Assembly (NCBI GenBank): GCA_022508345.1
Contig: JAFLVK010000002.1
Span: 151,510-215,509, forward strand
DNA length: 64,000 bases
Direction of reading: 5' to 3'
Origin: Clostridiales bacterium
GTDB lineage: Bacteria; Bacillota; Clostridia; Christensenellales; CAG-314
Part shown: positions 28,349 to 38,799 of the stretch, one piece after another
How positions within the stretch are numbered: position 1 is the stretch's first letter
Layout: every line of letters begins with the position of its first letter
The notes under the pieces: generated by a model
What the model was told of the DNA's origin: nothing
Databases searched by the model: none
Seen by the model: only the letters and a program-made list of their open reading frames with translations
Made by a program: the position numbers and the translations under genes

Positions 28349-28915
28349 CTTCTCCTCCGCTTGTGAGCGCCGTATGTACAACGGCGTAAGACTACCGTCG
28401 AACTGACCGCTACTAAAACGCTTGCGTATTAACTCTACTGCCCCGTCGAAGTAGTCCACGGCGCTATCCGCCCGCCCTGCATGAGAGACCCGCTCGTCAT
28501 CGTAACTGACGAGGCAAGGGGCAACTCCGTTAGCGTAATCGGCGAAGTAGTAGCCGTTACCCGCGTCGACAATTGCGCTTCTGCGCGCGCCACATTTGCT
28601 GGATACAGAGATAGCCTCCAAGCAGTTTACGCCGATCACAGGCAATTCTACGGCCGTACAGTAGCCCTTGACCGTTGACACGCCTATGCGAATGCCCGTA
28701 AAACTACCTGGACCTATCGCACATGCGTATGCAGACAAATCAGCAAATTTTACGTTTGCCTTGTGTAACGCTTCCGTCACTTTGTCACACAACATCTCGC
28801 TGTGATGCACACCGACAGCCTTTGCTGTTACGTCAGTTATTTTATTGTCCTCCACTACTGCAACTACCAAATCGGGCGTAGTGGTATCAATGTACAGTAT
28901 TTTCATTTTTGTCAT
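28325..28915 (-). CDS. tsaB: tRNA t6A biosynthesis protein TsaB
   Basis: ILYIDTT, HSEML, GPGSFTGIRIG and PLYIRRSQAE motifs. Confidence 0.93.
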   Translation of the reverse strand: MTKMKILYIDTTTPDLVVAVVEDNKITDVTAKAVGVHHSEMLCDKVTEALHKANVKFADLSAYACAIGPGSFTGIRIGVSTVKGYCTAVELPVIGVNCLEAISVSSKCGARRSAIVDAGNGYYFADYANGVAPCLVSYDDERVSHAGRADSAVDYFDGAVELIRKRFSSGQFDGSLTPLYIRRSQAEEKFESTAIV

Positions 28916-29331
28916 TTAACAGTTATTTTTCGCCTGTTTTCGTCCAGCTTATCGATGGTAACGGAAATGCAGTTTCTCGGGAGCAAAGGCTTGATATTCT
29001 CACTCCACTCTATTGCAGAAACGGCGTGCAAGTCGTAGAAAAATTCGTCCAGCCCAAGTATCGCCACTTCTTCACTGTCCTCAATGCGGTAAAAGTCAAA
29101 GTGATTGAGTGTGAGACGTCCGTCGTAACTGTTGTGTAGCGCAAAGGTCGGGCTGGTGACAACATCGTCTACGTTGAGCCCCCTTGCAAGCCCCTTGACA
29201 AAATGCGTCTTGCCTGCGCCAAGATCACCGTGCAGCAAAAGCACTTCCCCGCCGCTAAAGCTTGCAGCAAGCTGCTCGGCGTAACTTTCCGTCTCCGCCA
29301 CACTATTGGAAATAAATTCACGCTGTTCCAT
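28912..29331 (-). CDS. tsaE: tRNA t6A biosynthesis ATPase TsaE
   Basis: [21 protein letters not shown] and IEWSE motifs. Confidence 0.95.
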   Translation of the reverse strand: MEQREFISNSVAETESYAEQLAASFSGGEVLLLHGDLGAGKTHFVKGLARGLNVDDVVTSPTFALHNSYDGRLTLNHFDFYRIEDSEEVAILGLDEFFYDLHAVSAIEWSENIKPLLPRNCISVTIDKLDENRRKITVK

Positions 29332-29445
29332 ACGACAATATTGTACACCAAAATATAAAGATAATCAAGTGTGTAGCATTAAAGCTTTGTTGCAAATATT
29401 TAGTGTATTGCTCATTCAATCTAGCAATCACACTAGCAATCACGA

Positions 29446-29478
29446 AAAACACCTTACCGCAGTTTCGGTAAGGTGTTT
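29446..29478 (-). terminator. Intrinsic terminator
   Basis: AAACACCTTACCG-N-CGGTAAGGTGTTT. Confidence 0.7.
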
Positions 29479-29527
29479 CTATTTACTTTATTGTTATTTT
29501 TTCCTGTTTATCAACGGTATCTACTTG

Positions 29528-30286
29528 CTATTCATCCTGCGGTTCTTCCTCTGACGTACTTGCAACGGCTACCGATGATTTTTTGCGGGCGCCAAATTCC
29601 CAGTGCATAATGCGGGACAGTGGCTTGTAGATAAAGTATGTCAGTAGACATGTCAGCACGGTCTTAATTACGTTGAACAGAAGTGTCCACCACAGCATTG
29701 GCATCATTGCTTCAATATCCTTAATACCGAACATTGGCAACAGCATGTACTGGTTACAGAACCACATTGCGATACAAAATGCTACACTGCTTACAATCAA
29801 AGATATTACCGCACCAAGTCTACCGCGACGGATAAGGTAAATCAAGCCTGCAATACCGGCGTAAAGAGTACCGCTGATAAAGTTTGACAGGTCGCCTACA
29901 AAGCCCGTGCTAGTGCCTCTCAAAAGCAGGCAAACACCGATTTTTGCTGCATTTATAACAATGCCTGTTATCGGTCCAAACATAAATGAGCCAAGTAATG
30001 TGGGCACATCTGATATGTTAAGTTTCAAATGCGGTACAGCCGGCAACAGGGGGAACTCAATGTACAGCAATACCACTGCAAGTGCTGTCAACATGCTAAC
30101 TTTTGTAAGATATGTAAGAGACTTGAATGTAACCTCTTGCGCATTTTCGCCCTTTACACTAAACTTACTACGCTTTTTGCCAACGATAAAGTAGATTGCT
30201 ACACCAATTCCTATTGCAGCCAATACAACCGCAGCAGAAACAATCCATTCAATAGCAATTGTGCTCAGTGCCATCAGATTTAACAT
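29528..30286 (-). CDS. ribU: ECF transporter S component, riboflavin (RibU-like) with an extra N-terminal TM
   Basis: IEFPLLP..LKLNISDVP..FGP..GDLSNF..FNVIK; lies downstream of the FMN riboswitch. Confidence 0.85.
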   Translation of the reverse strand: MLNLMALSTIAIEWIVSAAVVLAAIGIGVAIYFIVGKKRSKFSVKGENAQEVTFKSLTYLTKVSMLTALAVVLLYIEFPLLPAVPHLKLNISDVPTLLGSFMFGPITGIVINAAKIGVCLLLRGTSTGFVGDLSNFISGTLYAGIAGLIYLIRRGRLGAVISLIVSSVAFCIAMWFCNQYMLLPMFGIKDIEAMMPMLWWTLLFNVIKTVLTCLLTYFIYKPLSRIMHWEFGARKKSSVAVASTSEEEPQDE

Positions 30287-30325
30287 AATATTTTACCTCC
30301 GTTTATTTAAACAAATGTTCTTTGA

Positions 30326-30358
30326 AACGAAAAGCCCCTGGGCATGACCCAAGGGCGT
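30326..30358 (-). terminator. Expression-platform terminator of the FMN riboswitch
   Basis: GCCCTTGGG-TCATG-CCCAGGGGC-TTTTCGTTT on the minus strand. Confidence 0.75.
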
Positions 30359-30384
30359 AAAATATCCTGAAATTAAGATACTTC

Positions 30385-30509
30385 AATTCTTTTCTCATCC
30401 GGACTATACCGTCGGCTCGGGAATTTCACCCGATCGGCGCAACAAGTTTTTATGTTGCGTTCATAGGCTTTAACTATCGGTGTGGATTTGCACCACGCCC
30501 CAAAGAATT
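30385..30509 (-). ncRNA. FMN (RFN) riboswitch
   Basis: Minus strand GGGGCGTGGTGCAAATCCACACCG...GATCGGGTGAAATTCCCGAGCCGACGGTATAGTCCGGATGAGAAAAGAATT. Confidence 0.95.
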
Positions 30510-30565
30510 TATTTATTTGTGATTTAATTATACTACTGCTTTGTGATACTTGCAACTGTTTTGTA

Positions 30566-31561
30566 TCAATATTTGGAAAGATTATTTGCTAGTTCGTACA
30601 AAGCTACGTTTAGCCCCTTGGTTTTAGCAAGGGCTTCCACTATGTCTTCGTCGAAGATGGCGTCGTTGTGGACACCGATTGCGCGATTGGTAAGCCCATT
30701 CGCAAGGCACTGTACAGCGTGCGCACCCATGCGTATGCCTAGCAATCTGTCCTGCACGGTTGCGTCTCCGCTACGTTGCAGGTGTCCAAGCACCATCGAA
30801 CGGATGTTAATTTTCGGCATGCGAGTCAGGATATCCTCCATGATATAGTCGGCTTCCTTGCCCTTTACAAGCTCGCCACGGCTGCGAATACCCTCCGCAA
30901 CAAGAATGATATTGTCCAGCTTGCCCTTCTTGGCGTTGGCCTTTAGACGAGCAACAAGAGCTTCGGCATCGTAGCTGACTTCAGGCGTTAACACAGCCTC
31001 TGCACCGCACACAAGCCCTGCGTACACTGCAATATCTCCGCAACGGTTACCCATAACTTCCACAACGCAAGTGCGGTCGTTACAGCTCATTGTATCCCTC
31101 AAATCCTTTACAGCATTTGCAACAATTGTTACCGCTGTGTCGAAGCCAAGGGTGTAATCTGTGTATGCAAGGTCGTTGTCGATGGTTCCGGGGATACCTA
31201 TCGTCTTTATTCCGTACTGCGTGGACAAGGTTTTTGCACCTGCAAAGCTACCGTCGCCACCAATTACTACAAGCCCCTCAATGCCGTGCTTGTTTAGTGT
31301 TGCAACGGCACGTTGTTGCCCTTCCACCGTTTTCATTTCCAAGCAACGGGCAGTGCCAAGCACTGTACCGCCACGGTGAGCAATGCCTTCCACGCTCTTT
31401 GCCGTGAGCTTGATGATGTCATCATTCATAAGGCCTTTGTAGCCGTTACGTATGCCGTAAACCTCAAAGCCATGTTGTAAACCGTATCTGACTGTAGCGT
31501 AAATTGCGGCATTCATGCCTTGAGAGTCGCCACCGCTTGTCAAAACACCGATTCTTTTCAT
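30566..31561 (-). CDS. pfkA: 6-phosphofructokinase
   Basis: TSGGDSQGMN, GGDGS, TIDND, EVMG and LGHLQR motifs. Confidence 0.95.
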   Translation of the reverse strand: MKRIGVLTSGGDSQGMNAAIYATVRYGLQHGFEVYGIRNGYKGLMNDDIIKLTAKSVEGIAHRGGTVLGTARCLEMKTVEGQQRAVATLNKHGIEGLVVIGGDGSFAGAKTLSTQYGIKTIGIPGTIDNDLAYTDYTLGFDTAVTIVANAVKDLRDTMSCNDRTCVVEVMGNRCGDIAVYAGLVCGAEAVLTPEVSYDAEALVARLKANAKKGKLDNIILVAEGIRSRGELVKGKEADYIMEDILTRMPKINIRSMVLGHLQRSGDATVQDRLLGIRMGAHAVQCLANGLTNRAIGVHNDAIFDEDIVEALAKTKGLNVALYELANNLSKY

Positions 31562-31573
31562 AAAGTAATTCTC

Positions 31574-33127
31574 CTAATTTTCATATTGCTTGTTTTTGCT
31601 AAATTCCACGTCGGAATCGCGACGGAAAAACTTGCGTACCGTTGTTGCTCTCCCCACGGGCTTGCGCAGACGCTTGTTGTAGGTAAGACCAAGCTTGTCA
31701 TAAAGCTCAAGGCGGCGAGTAACACGCTTGAAAAAGCCCTTTTTGCGCGATCCCCATGCCACTTCGGAAAGCGCGTCCAGTCGGGGTAGCAATTGGAAAA
31801 ACAACCTGTCAGGGCAGGAAACGTATTCCGTCCAAAGCGTACCCTCCACGCCCAAAACATTTTTGCGGGCATGTTTAGCCACACCCCTGTACGGGTTGAA
31901 CTTGAGCGTTTTTCTTAACGGAGTCAGCGCGTATGGGTAATCGAAATACAATCTAAAGCAGGGGGAAAGAATAACCTTTCTGCCGCGCTTGGTTTGCTTG
32001 ATTGCCTTTTTGCGCTTAAACGGCGTCCAAACCTGGCTAACGATATCTAAATCGGTGGCTTGCTTTACGCCGTCGTTCCAGCAGATAACCTTTTTGCCCT
32101 TGGCTTCAAGGTGCTTGCGGAACACCTCCACCATGTGCGCTTGCAGCTCATCGTAGCTGTTCAGCTTCAACTCCGCCATACGCTCTCGGCACAGCTTGCA
32201 GTTGCACCATCTATCCTTGGGAACCTCGTCGCCACCCAAGTGAATGTACTCGGACGGGAACATCTCCGCTATTTCGTCCAAAATGTTTTTTACAAACTCG
32301 TAGCTTTCGTCATTGCCCGCGCACAAAATGTCTTTGGAAATGCCCCAGCTCTTTCTAACCTCGGATACCTGGTGTGTACAGCTGTATTCGGGGTAAGCCG
32401 CCAATGCAGCTACAAAGTGTCCCGGCAAATCCACCTCGGGGATAATCTCGATATTGCGCTCAGCAGCGTAGCTTACAAGCTCGGCAATGTCGTTTTTAGT
32501 GAGGAAACCTCCGTGTGGCTCGTCGTCAACGTAGCGTTTGCCGTCCTTTACCACTTCCGAGCCTTGGCGTACGCTTCCTATCTCCGTTAAAAGGGGATAT
32601 TTGTCTATCTGAACGCGGAAGCCTTGATCGTCCGTCAGGTGCAAATGCAGCTTGTTGAGCTTCACCTGCGACATAAGCTCGACAATTTGTTTCAAAGTGT
32701 CCACACCGTAAAAATGGCGACAAATGTCCACCATTAGTCCGCGGTGATAAAACCTCGGCTTATCCTCGATGTAGCAGTTTGCGCAGGTAATTTCTTCCTG
32801 CTTTGTATCCAGGTTGAACACCTGTCTCAGCGTTTCCACGGCGTAAAAACAGCCCTCTACAGTGGACGCATTTACTGTTACTACACCTTGGGAAATCATT
32901 AGTATATATCCCTCGGGGTCCGTCTTGTCGCTGTTGGCAAATATTATTTGCGCTTCTTCTATTACATCGGTAAACTGTAAAAATTTGCCGCAGCTTTCGT
33001 ACACCAAATCTGCAAGACGTTCCGCCTGCGTTAAAAATGCGCTGTCGCAAAAAATCTTGGAGTTTTCCGCTATACTGAAGCTGCCCGACAGTTTTTCGGT
33101 TTTGTAAGGGTTTGGTAAAATATTCAT
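31574..33127 (-). CDS. Beta-N-acetylhexosaminidase (GH20)
   Basis: RGLMVDICRHF, HLTDDQG, HLGGDE, LYFDY and LWTE motifs. Confidence 0.92.
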   Translation of the reverse strand: MNILPNPYKTEKLSGSFSIAENSKIFCDSAFLTQAERLADLVYESCGKFLQFTDVIEEAQIIFANSDKTDPEGYILMISQGVVTVNASTVEGCFYAVETLRQVFNLDTKQEEITCANCYIEDKPRFYHRGLMVDICRHFYGVDTLKQIVELMSQVKLNKLHLHLTDDQGFRVQIDKYPLLTEIGSVRQGSEVVKDGKRYVDDEPHGGFLTKNDIAELVSYAAERNIEIIPEVDLPGHFVAALAAYPEYSCTHQVSEVRKSWGISKDILCAGNDESYEFVKNILDEIAEMFPSEYIHLGGDEVPKDRWCNCKLCRERMAELKLNSYDELQAHMVEVFRKHLEAKGKKVICWNDGVKQATDLDIVSQVWTPFKRKKAIKQTKRGRKVILSPCFRLYFDYPYALTPLRKTLKFNPYRGVAKHARKNVLGVEGTLWTEYVSCPDRLFFQLLPRLDALSEVAWGSRKKGFFKRVTRRLELYDKLGLTYNKRLRKPVGRATTVRKFFRRDSDVEFSKNKQYEN

Positions 33128-33313
33128 ATCGTCACTCGGGTATTCCGCCCAAAACGGCGCAATTAGCATTATATATTATTATTTTAACACAATGTTTATA
33201 TAAATACAAGTTTATGAACTGTTTTTGTATTGTACCGCACAAAAAAGGCCCCTTTGTACGAGGAGCCTCTTGTAATTTTATTCCATTTTGGACATACACA
33301 CAGCAAGTCAACT

Positions 33314-34972
33314 TCACTCAGTTAGTTGTTTTGCGGGGGAAGTGACAGTGTGGCTTCTCCACCGCTTCAAGCCTATCACTGCGAACAGCACTCCTAATGC
33401 CACAGCAACAGCAAGCGCCGTCCAGCCTAGCAAGGGCAATGCGGATACACCTGCCGAGCGCGCGTAGTTCCACATGGTTACAACCTTTTTGTTGTTCGCG
33501 CCAAAGTCCTGCATGATACCAAACGAATTGAGATCGCGGTTGACGCTACCCTCTTTGATTACAAACGGATAACGCCAGTTACTGTCGTCCATTTCGTCAA
33601 AGTCATCATCGTCGCCGCCGAAAAAGTAATGTTCAAATTCTTCCCAGCTGTCGAAGTCGAATTCGGTAACGGCCTTACCGTCCTTGTCCAGGCGCTCCCA
33701 GTAGTCGCAATTTACAGTGTAGCCTTCCGCAAGCACCGCGCGCGCGTCACTGTCAGTGCGAACCAGGTCGCGGTCAACCGCCGATGTGTAGCCGATTTCC
33801 AGCATGTTTTCCGCTGCAATCTCAGCTTTATTGAGGAAGTTAATGAAGATTTTTATAGCTTCCATATGGTCGGGGTTGTATGTTTTGGGCACAACCCAAC
33901 CGTCAAACCAGATGTTACCTGCGCCGTTAGGAACGTAGTACGCAAGCTCGTAATCGTCCAGTTCGTCGCTCCAGCTTTCCTCCACGGCGTACAGCGCGTC
34001 ACCACTCCAAGCAAGGTCGACAATGGCGTTACCCTGCAAAAGGTCATCCTTGCCGAAGTCCACTTCGTAACCGAAAAGCTGACTTTTCTGCTCGGTGAGC
34101 ACCTTTCTGCACAGCTCCAGCAGTTGGTCGTCCACAGCATTTATAAGTTGTCCTATGGGCAAGCTTGTGTACAAATCTCCGTTTTCGTTTCGCAACCCAT
34201 CAAGACGGCCGCTTTCCTTCAAGTAGAATATTGTTGCCGCGTAGCTGTCGCGGATACTGTCTTTCATCAGTATGTTGCCGGTAAGCCCGGGGGACAGGAT
34301 ATCGTCTTCGCCGTTGTCGTTAAACAAAATGCCCCAGTTGGCTTTGTTCATGATTTCCTTGTCGTAGATATCCAAGTCCATGAAAGCGTACTTGTTGTAC
34401 AAAATACCCAGCGTGCCGTACATATAGGGCACAAAGTAATCAATCATGCTTACTGTTTCGCCCGTTTCTTCTATAACCAGCTTGCCAAACGTATCCTCGT
34501 CGGACACCTTTTCGATGATGCCCCATTCGATGTTGCCGCTGTCCACTACCACACCGTTGTCGTCGCAATCGCCGCCGTTGAAAAACTCCTCGAATTGCTC
34601 GTCGGACATGCTCAGCCCCTTGCGGTACTCCGACTTTTTGAAATAGTTCAACGGCACAAGCATATTGCTTTCGATAAGCTTTTGTATTGCGTACTCGCTC
34701 GGGCACACCACGTCGACGTTGCTGTCGCCCTGCATAAGGCGCGTCAGCATGGTTTCGTTGGTGTCGAAGGTGACGTAGGTAATTTCAATATCTTTACCGG
34801 TTAAATCTTTGTAGTAACTTTTAAAATCGGTAAGCTTGGTGTCGTAGATGTAGTCCGCCCAGTTGTATATTACAAGCTGGTCTGTTTCGCCGTTTTTTCC
34901 ACACGCAGCAACGGTAAATATAACCGTCAACAGAAGCACAACGCATGAAAGGATTGATACTACTCTTTTCAT
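33314..34972 (-). CDS. potD: Polyamine ABC substrate-binding lipoprotein with C-terminal TM
   Basis: Lipobox VAAC; YNWADYI, FDTNE, PSEY, WSGDA and WFDGW motifs. Confidence 0.85.
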   Translation of the reverse strand: MKRVVSILSCVVLLLTVIFTVAACGKNGETDQLVIYNWADYIYDTKLTDFKSYYKDLTGKDIEITYVTFDTNETMLTRLMQGDSNVDVVCPSEYAIQKLIESNMLVPLNYFKKSEYRKGLSMSDEQFEEFFNGGDCDDNGVVVDSGNIEWGIIEKVSDEDTFGKLVIEETGETVSMIDYFVPYMYGTLGILYNKYAFMDLDIYDKEIMNKANWGILFNDNGEDDILSPGLTGNILMKDSIRDSYAATIFYLKESGRLDGLRNENGDLYTSLPIGQLINAVDDQLLELCRKVLTEQKSQLFGYEVDFGKDDLLQGNAIVDLAWSGDALYAVEESWSDELDDYELAYYVPNGAGNIWFDGWVVPKTYNPDHMEAIKIFINFLNKAEIAAENMLEIGYTSAVDRDLVRTDSDARAVLAEGYTVNCDYWERLDKDGKAVTEFDFDSWEEFEHYFFGGDDDDFDEMDDSNWRYPFVIKEGSVNRDLNSFGIMQDFGANNKKVVTMWNYARSAGVSALPLLGWTALAVAVALGVLFAVIGLKRWRSHTVTSPAKQLTE

Positions 34973-35793
34973 CTTTTTGCCTCCTTTGCGGTAGCGCCGT
35001 TACGCTTGATGTTGACAAGCAACAATAGCGTAAACATAACCACGAAAAAGATAGAAAACACAGCAAACCAGAAAGGCTCCAAGCTCTTTACACGCGCGTC
35101 CTCGTAGATGTAGGTGGACAGCGTTTCGATACCGGTGTCGCCCTTGTTAAATTGCGTGATGATGAAGTCGTCCAGCGACAGCGTAAACGCCATTGCAAAG
35201 CCGGACACAATCCCCGGCATGATGTAGGGGAACACCACCTTGAACATTGCCGTCACGGGGTTTGCACCAAGGTCCAGCGCCGCTTCGTACATGTTGGGGT
35301 CCATACGCTGAAGTCTCGGCAAAATTGACAGCACAACATAAGGTGTACAAAATGCAACGTGGGAAATTATCAGGCGCGTCATACCCTGCGGGAAAATGAA
35401 GCTAAACGCCGCAAAGAACACCATCAGCGACACCGCCATGACAATTTCGCTGTTAATCATGGGCAGTTGATTGACGGTAAGCGTAATTTTCTTCCAGCGT
35501 TTACCCAGGGCATAGATACCGATTGTGGAGAAAGCCCCCAGTACTGTGGAAATTACACTTGCGGACAGCGCTAGGATTGCTGTATATTTCAAGGCGTTCA
35601 AAAGCCCTGCCGACTGTTCGCTGTCAAACAGCGCAGCGTACGAATGGAAATTGAAGCCGCCCTTGAAGCTAAAATAGCTGTTGCCCGAAAAACTGAAAAT
35701 GATAATTAGCAAAATGGGCAAATACAACAGCGCCAGCACCAACCCAAGATACCCGTCGGCGCAAATGCGGGAGATAAGATTTTTCTTTTTCAT
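34969..35793 (-). CDS. potC: Polyamine ABC permease
   Basis: LYLPI..FSF, EAALDLGA and FTLSLDDF motifs. Confidence 0.9.
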   Translation of the reverse strand: MKKKNLISRICADGYLGLVLALLYLPILLIIIFSFSGNSYFSFKGGFNFHSYAALFDSEQSAGLLNALKYTAILALSASVISTVLGAFSTIGIYALGKRWKKITLTVNQLPMINSEIVMAVSLMVFFAAFSFIFPQGMTRLIISHVAFCTPYVVLSILPRLQRMDPNMYEAALDLGANPVTAMFKVVFPYIMPGIVSGFAMAFTLSLDDFIITQFNKGDTGIETLSTYIYEDARVKSLEPFWFAVFSIFFVVMFTLLLLVNIKRNGATAKEAKR

Positions 35794-36593
35794 AGTACAC
35801 TACTTACCTCCTCGTCCTTACTTGTTAGGTTGACAACGACGTTAGCAACTACAACCAGCACCAGCATAACAAGGCTCATCACACTACCCACGCCGAAGCT
35901 GTTGGTAGTTTTGCTAAAGTGCATGTTGATTGCGTCGCCGAACAGGAAAATTTTGCTACTTGACAAAATTTCCGAAATTGCAAAGGTTGATATTGCGGGA
36001 ATAAACGTCATTGTGATACCGCTGATAATTCCGGAAAGCGACAGCGGCAAAACAGTCTTCAAAAACACCGTAAGTTTGTCTGCGCCAAGGTCCTCTGCAG
36101 CCTCTATGTAGCTGTGGTCGATGGACACAAGCGTTGTGTGCAGAGGCAGTATCATATAGGGCAGGTAGTTGTACACCATGCCGAACAGCACCGTTCCCAT
36201 GCCCAGCTTTACGTTCAACGCCATAAATATAGCCTTGGTGGAAAGCGTACGGATAAGGAAGTTAACCCACATGGGCAGTATGAACAGCAACACAAGCACA
36301 CGGCTGCTCGCGTGATACTTGGCAAGCAGGTACGCACACGGATAGCCTATCACAAGGCAAATAAGCGTTGTAACTGCGCCGATTATTAACGAATTACCAA
36401 GCACCGTCAAGCCACCGCCTGCATCGCTGAAGAACTCTACAAAGTGCTCAAATGTCAGGCTTTGTCCGTCGTCGGTTAAAAAGGCGTTTACAAGGATAAT
36501 CACCAACGGCACCACCACGAACAGTAGCAAAAAAATCATGTACGGGTAAGCAAATGCCCTGCGGTTAAAGCGAAAGTTAATCTTTTTCAACAT
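35790..36593 (-). CDS. potB: Polyamine ABC permease
   Basis: [20 protein letters not shown] and EAAEDLGA motifs. Confidence 0.9.
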   Translation of the reverse strand: MLKKINFRFNRRAFAYPYMIFLLLFVVVPLVIILVNAFLTDDGQSLTFEHFVEFFSDAGGGLTVLGNSLIIGAVTTLICLVIGYPCAYLLAKYHASSRVLVLLFILPMWVNFLIRTLSTKAIFMALNVKLGMGTVLFGMVYNYLPYMILPLHTTLVSIDHSYIEAAEDLGADKLTVFLKTVLPLSLSGIISGITMTFIPAISTFAISEILSSSKIFLFGDAINMHFSKTTNSFGVGSVMSLVMLVLVVVANVVVNLTSKDEEVSSVL

Positions 36594-38034
36594 CTTTCAC
36601 CTCGTCGATAATTATCTTGTCGGGGGCAATCTTGATGCCTACGCGGTCGCCGATGGACCACTCGTAGTCGTTATCTACAAAAAAGTCGTAGTAGCTGTCG
36701 GTACGCACAATGTATTGCCAATAGCTTCCCTTGTAAATGGATGAGATTATCGTTGCGCCGATTGTACCGTCGTCCTCGTCGTCGGTAAGCTCCACGTCGT
36801 CGAAGTCCACCTGAATATGCACCTTGGTGCCCTCGGGTAGCGATGTGTTGCATTCAAAACGTCCATCGCAGAACTCAACAACATTTTCTTCGTAAATTTC
36901 GCCATCAATTTCGTTGATAAGACGGCTCTTGTGCATGATGTGGAAGTCAAAGGGCTTGATGTACAGCCCGATTTTGTCCCCTGCCTTTACCTCTACATTG
37001 TCGTGAATGATAATTTCGTTACGCTCGTCGCCATACGTCAACGCCGTCACCTGGTAGTGATCGCCTTTGAACACGCAGGTCAACACGTCCGCCTCAATTA
37101 GGCAATTTTTGTCCTTTACGTCAACGATATGTATATCTTCGGGGCGGATAATTACGTCGATAGGCTCGTCGTACTTAAAGCCACTGTCCACACACTCGAA
37201 TTTGTGTCCGGAAATATCCACGCAAAAGTCCTTCACCATGGTACCTGACAGAATGTTCGATTCCCCGATAAAGTCGGCTACAAAGGCGTTTGCCGGCTCG
37301 TCGTACACCTTGGTAGGTGTGCCGATTTGCTGAATTTCGCCGTTTTTCATTACCACAATAGTATCGGACATGGTTAGCGCCTCTTCCTGGTCGTGAGTAA
37401 CGTACACGAAAGTAATGCCAAGCTGCTTGTGCATTTGCATGAGCTCCAGCTGCATGTCCTTGCGCATCTTGAGGTCCAATGCGCCCAGCGGCTCGTCCAG
37501 TAACAACACCTGCGGTTCGTTAACAAGTGCGCGCGCAATGGCAACGCGTTGTTGCTGTCCGCCGGAAAGGGAGTTGACAGCGCGGTGACCGTAGTCCTCA
37601 AGGTCCACCATTTTGAGGGCGTTGTTCACCTTTTCGGCAATTTCCGCCTTGGTCAGATGGCGCATTTTTTGCACTGTGTTGCCCTTTTTGTCCACGGTAG
37701 GCTCCCCGTCGGGTACTGTTTTCATTTTAAGTCCAAATGCGATGTTTCCAAACACATTCAAATGCGGAAACAGCGCGTACTTTTGGAAAACTGTGTTGAT
37801 GTTGCGCTTGTGCGGAGGCAAGGTTGTGATGTCTTCACCGTTGAAGAGAATGGTTCCGCTTGTGGGCTGTTCAAAGCCTGCAATCATCCTTAGCGTTGTA
37901 GTTTTTCCGCAGCCGGACGGTCCCAAAAGTGTAACAAACTCGCCACGTTTGATGGTGAGCGACACATTTTTTACAACGGGCTTGTCGCCGTAAGATTTAT
38001 TTACGTTTTTAATTTCAATAATTCTGTCGTCCAT
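36577..38034 (-). CDS. potA: Polyamine ABC ATPase with extended TOBE tail
   Basis: [17 protein letters not shown] and [11 protein letters not shown] motifs. Confidence 0.92.
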   Translation of the reverse strand: MDDRIIEIKNVNKSYGDKPVVKNVSLTIKRGEFVTLLGPSGCGKTTTLRMIAGFEQPTSGTILFNGEDITTLPPHKRNINTVFQKYALFPHLNVFGNIAFGLKMKTVPDGEPTVDKKGNTVQKMRHLTKAEIAEKVNNALKMVDLEDYGHRAVNSLSGGQQQRVAIARALVNEPQVLLLDEPLGALDLKMRKDMQLELMQMHKQLGITFVYVTHDQEEALTMSDTIVVMKNGEIQQIGTPTKVYDEPANAFVADFIGESNILSGTMVKDFCVDISGHKFECVDSGFKYDEPIDVIIRPEDIHIVDVKDKNCLIEADVLTCVFKGDHYQVTALTYGDERNEIIIHDNVEVKAGDKIGLYIKPFDFHIMHKSRLINEIDGEIYEENVVEFCDGRFECNTSLPEGTKVHIQVDFDDVELTDDEDDGTIGATIISSIYKGSYWQYIVRTDSYYDFFVDNDYEWSIGDRVGIKIAPDKIIIDEVKDVEKD

Positions 38035-38043
38035 GGTTGCCTC

Positions 38044-38580
38044 CTAAAAGTTTGATGGGGTAGTTACCCACAAAACCGTACTTTCGCCTTTGTTAGTATT
38101 TTTGATTGTGTGCTGACGCGTGCCGTTGATGGAAAACGATTCGCCTGCCTTAAGCTTGTAACGGTCGGCACCTGCTACAATCTCCACTTCGCCCGTTAGC
38201 ACGTAGCCGAACTCTTCCCCCTCAAACGGGTAGCGCTCCTCCGAGCTTGCCCCCTTTGGCAACGTGAGAATGATCGGTTCCATTTCCTTTATTTGCGAAT
38301 TGGGTATTAGCCAAGTGCTACTGCCACTGCCGTTTTTCGACGTGAAATAATCGGCTTGCGTGTACACTACCTGCTCGAACTTCGGCTCGGTAAAAAATTC
38401 CTGCAAGCTTACACCAAGAATATTCAATATGTCCTGTAGCGTTGCAATGGATGGGGAACACAGGTCGTTCTCCAATTGAGAGATGTAACCCTTGGTTAAC
38501 TCTGTACGCTGAGCAAGCTCCTCCTGCGTAAGATCCAGCTGCAATCGGTATTGCTTTATTTTTCTGCCTATTTCTACCAT
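38044..38580 (-). CDS. XRE-cupin regulator (PuuR/PotR-like)
   Basis: N-terminal XRE HTH; GEEFGYV cupin motif; heads the pot operon. Confidence 0.88.
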   Translation of the reverse strand: MVEIGRKIKQYRLQLDLTQEELAQRTELTKGYISQLENDLCSPSIATLQDILNILGVSLQEFFTEPKFEQVVYTQADYFTSKNGSGSSTWLIPNSQIKEMEPIILTLPKGASSEERYPFEGEEFGYVLTGEVEIVAGADRYKLKAGESFSINGTRQHTIKNTNKGESTVLWVTTPSNF

Positions 38581-38683
38581 ATTTCCCCCTTAGACAAAAT
38601 TCGAGTTTTTCACAAAAAAATAGCCCAACGACAAACACATTTTTTATACAATAAAGAATTTGTTTGCCTTGGGCAACGGTACA

Positions 38684-38761
38684 AGTATAGAATATATATT
38701 AAGTAATGTCAAACGATTTAATTACTTTTACTAAACTTTTTTTATTTTTACTAAACTTTTT
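38684..38761 (-). promoter_or_regulatory. pot operon promoter with upstream direct repeats
   Basis: TTGACA-17-TATACT on the minus strand; TTTTACTAAACTTTTT at 38726 and 38746. Confidence 0.65.
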
Positions 38762-38799
38762 GTTCAATCGCTTGGGTACCAACCCGAACACCCTCACTG

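Noticed and set aside
29421-29443. Tandem CTAGCAATCAC duplication
   Set aside because: Only two units; likely slippage; not CRISPR-like.
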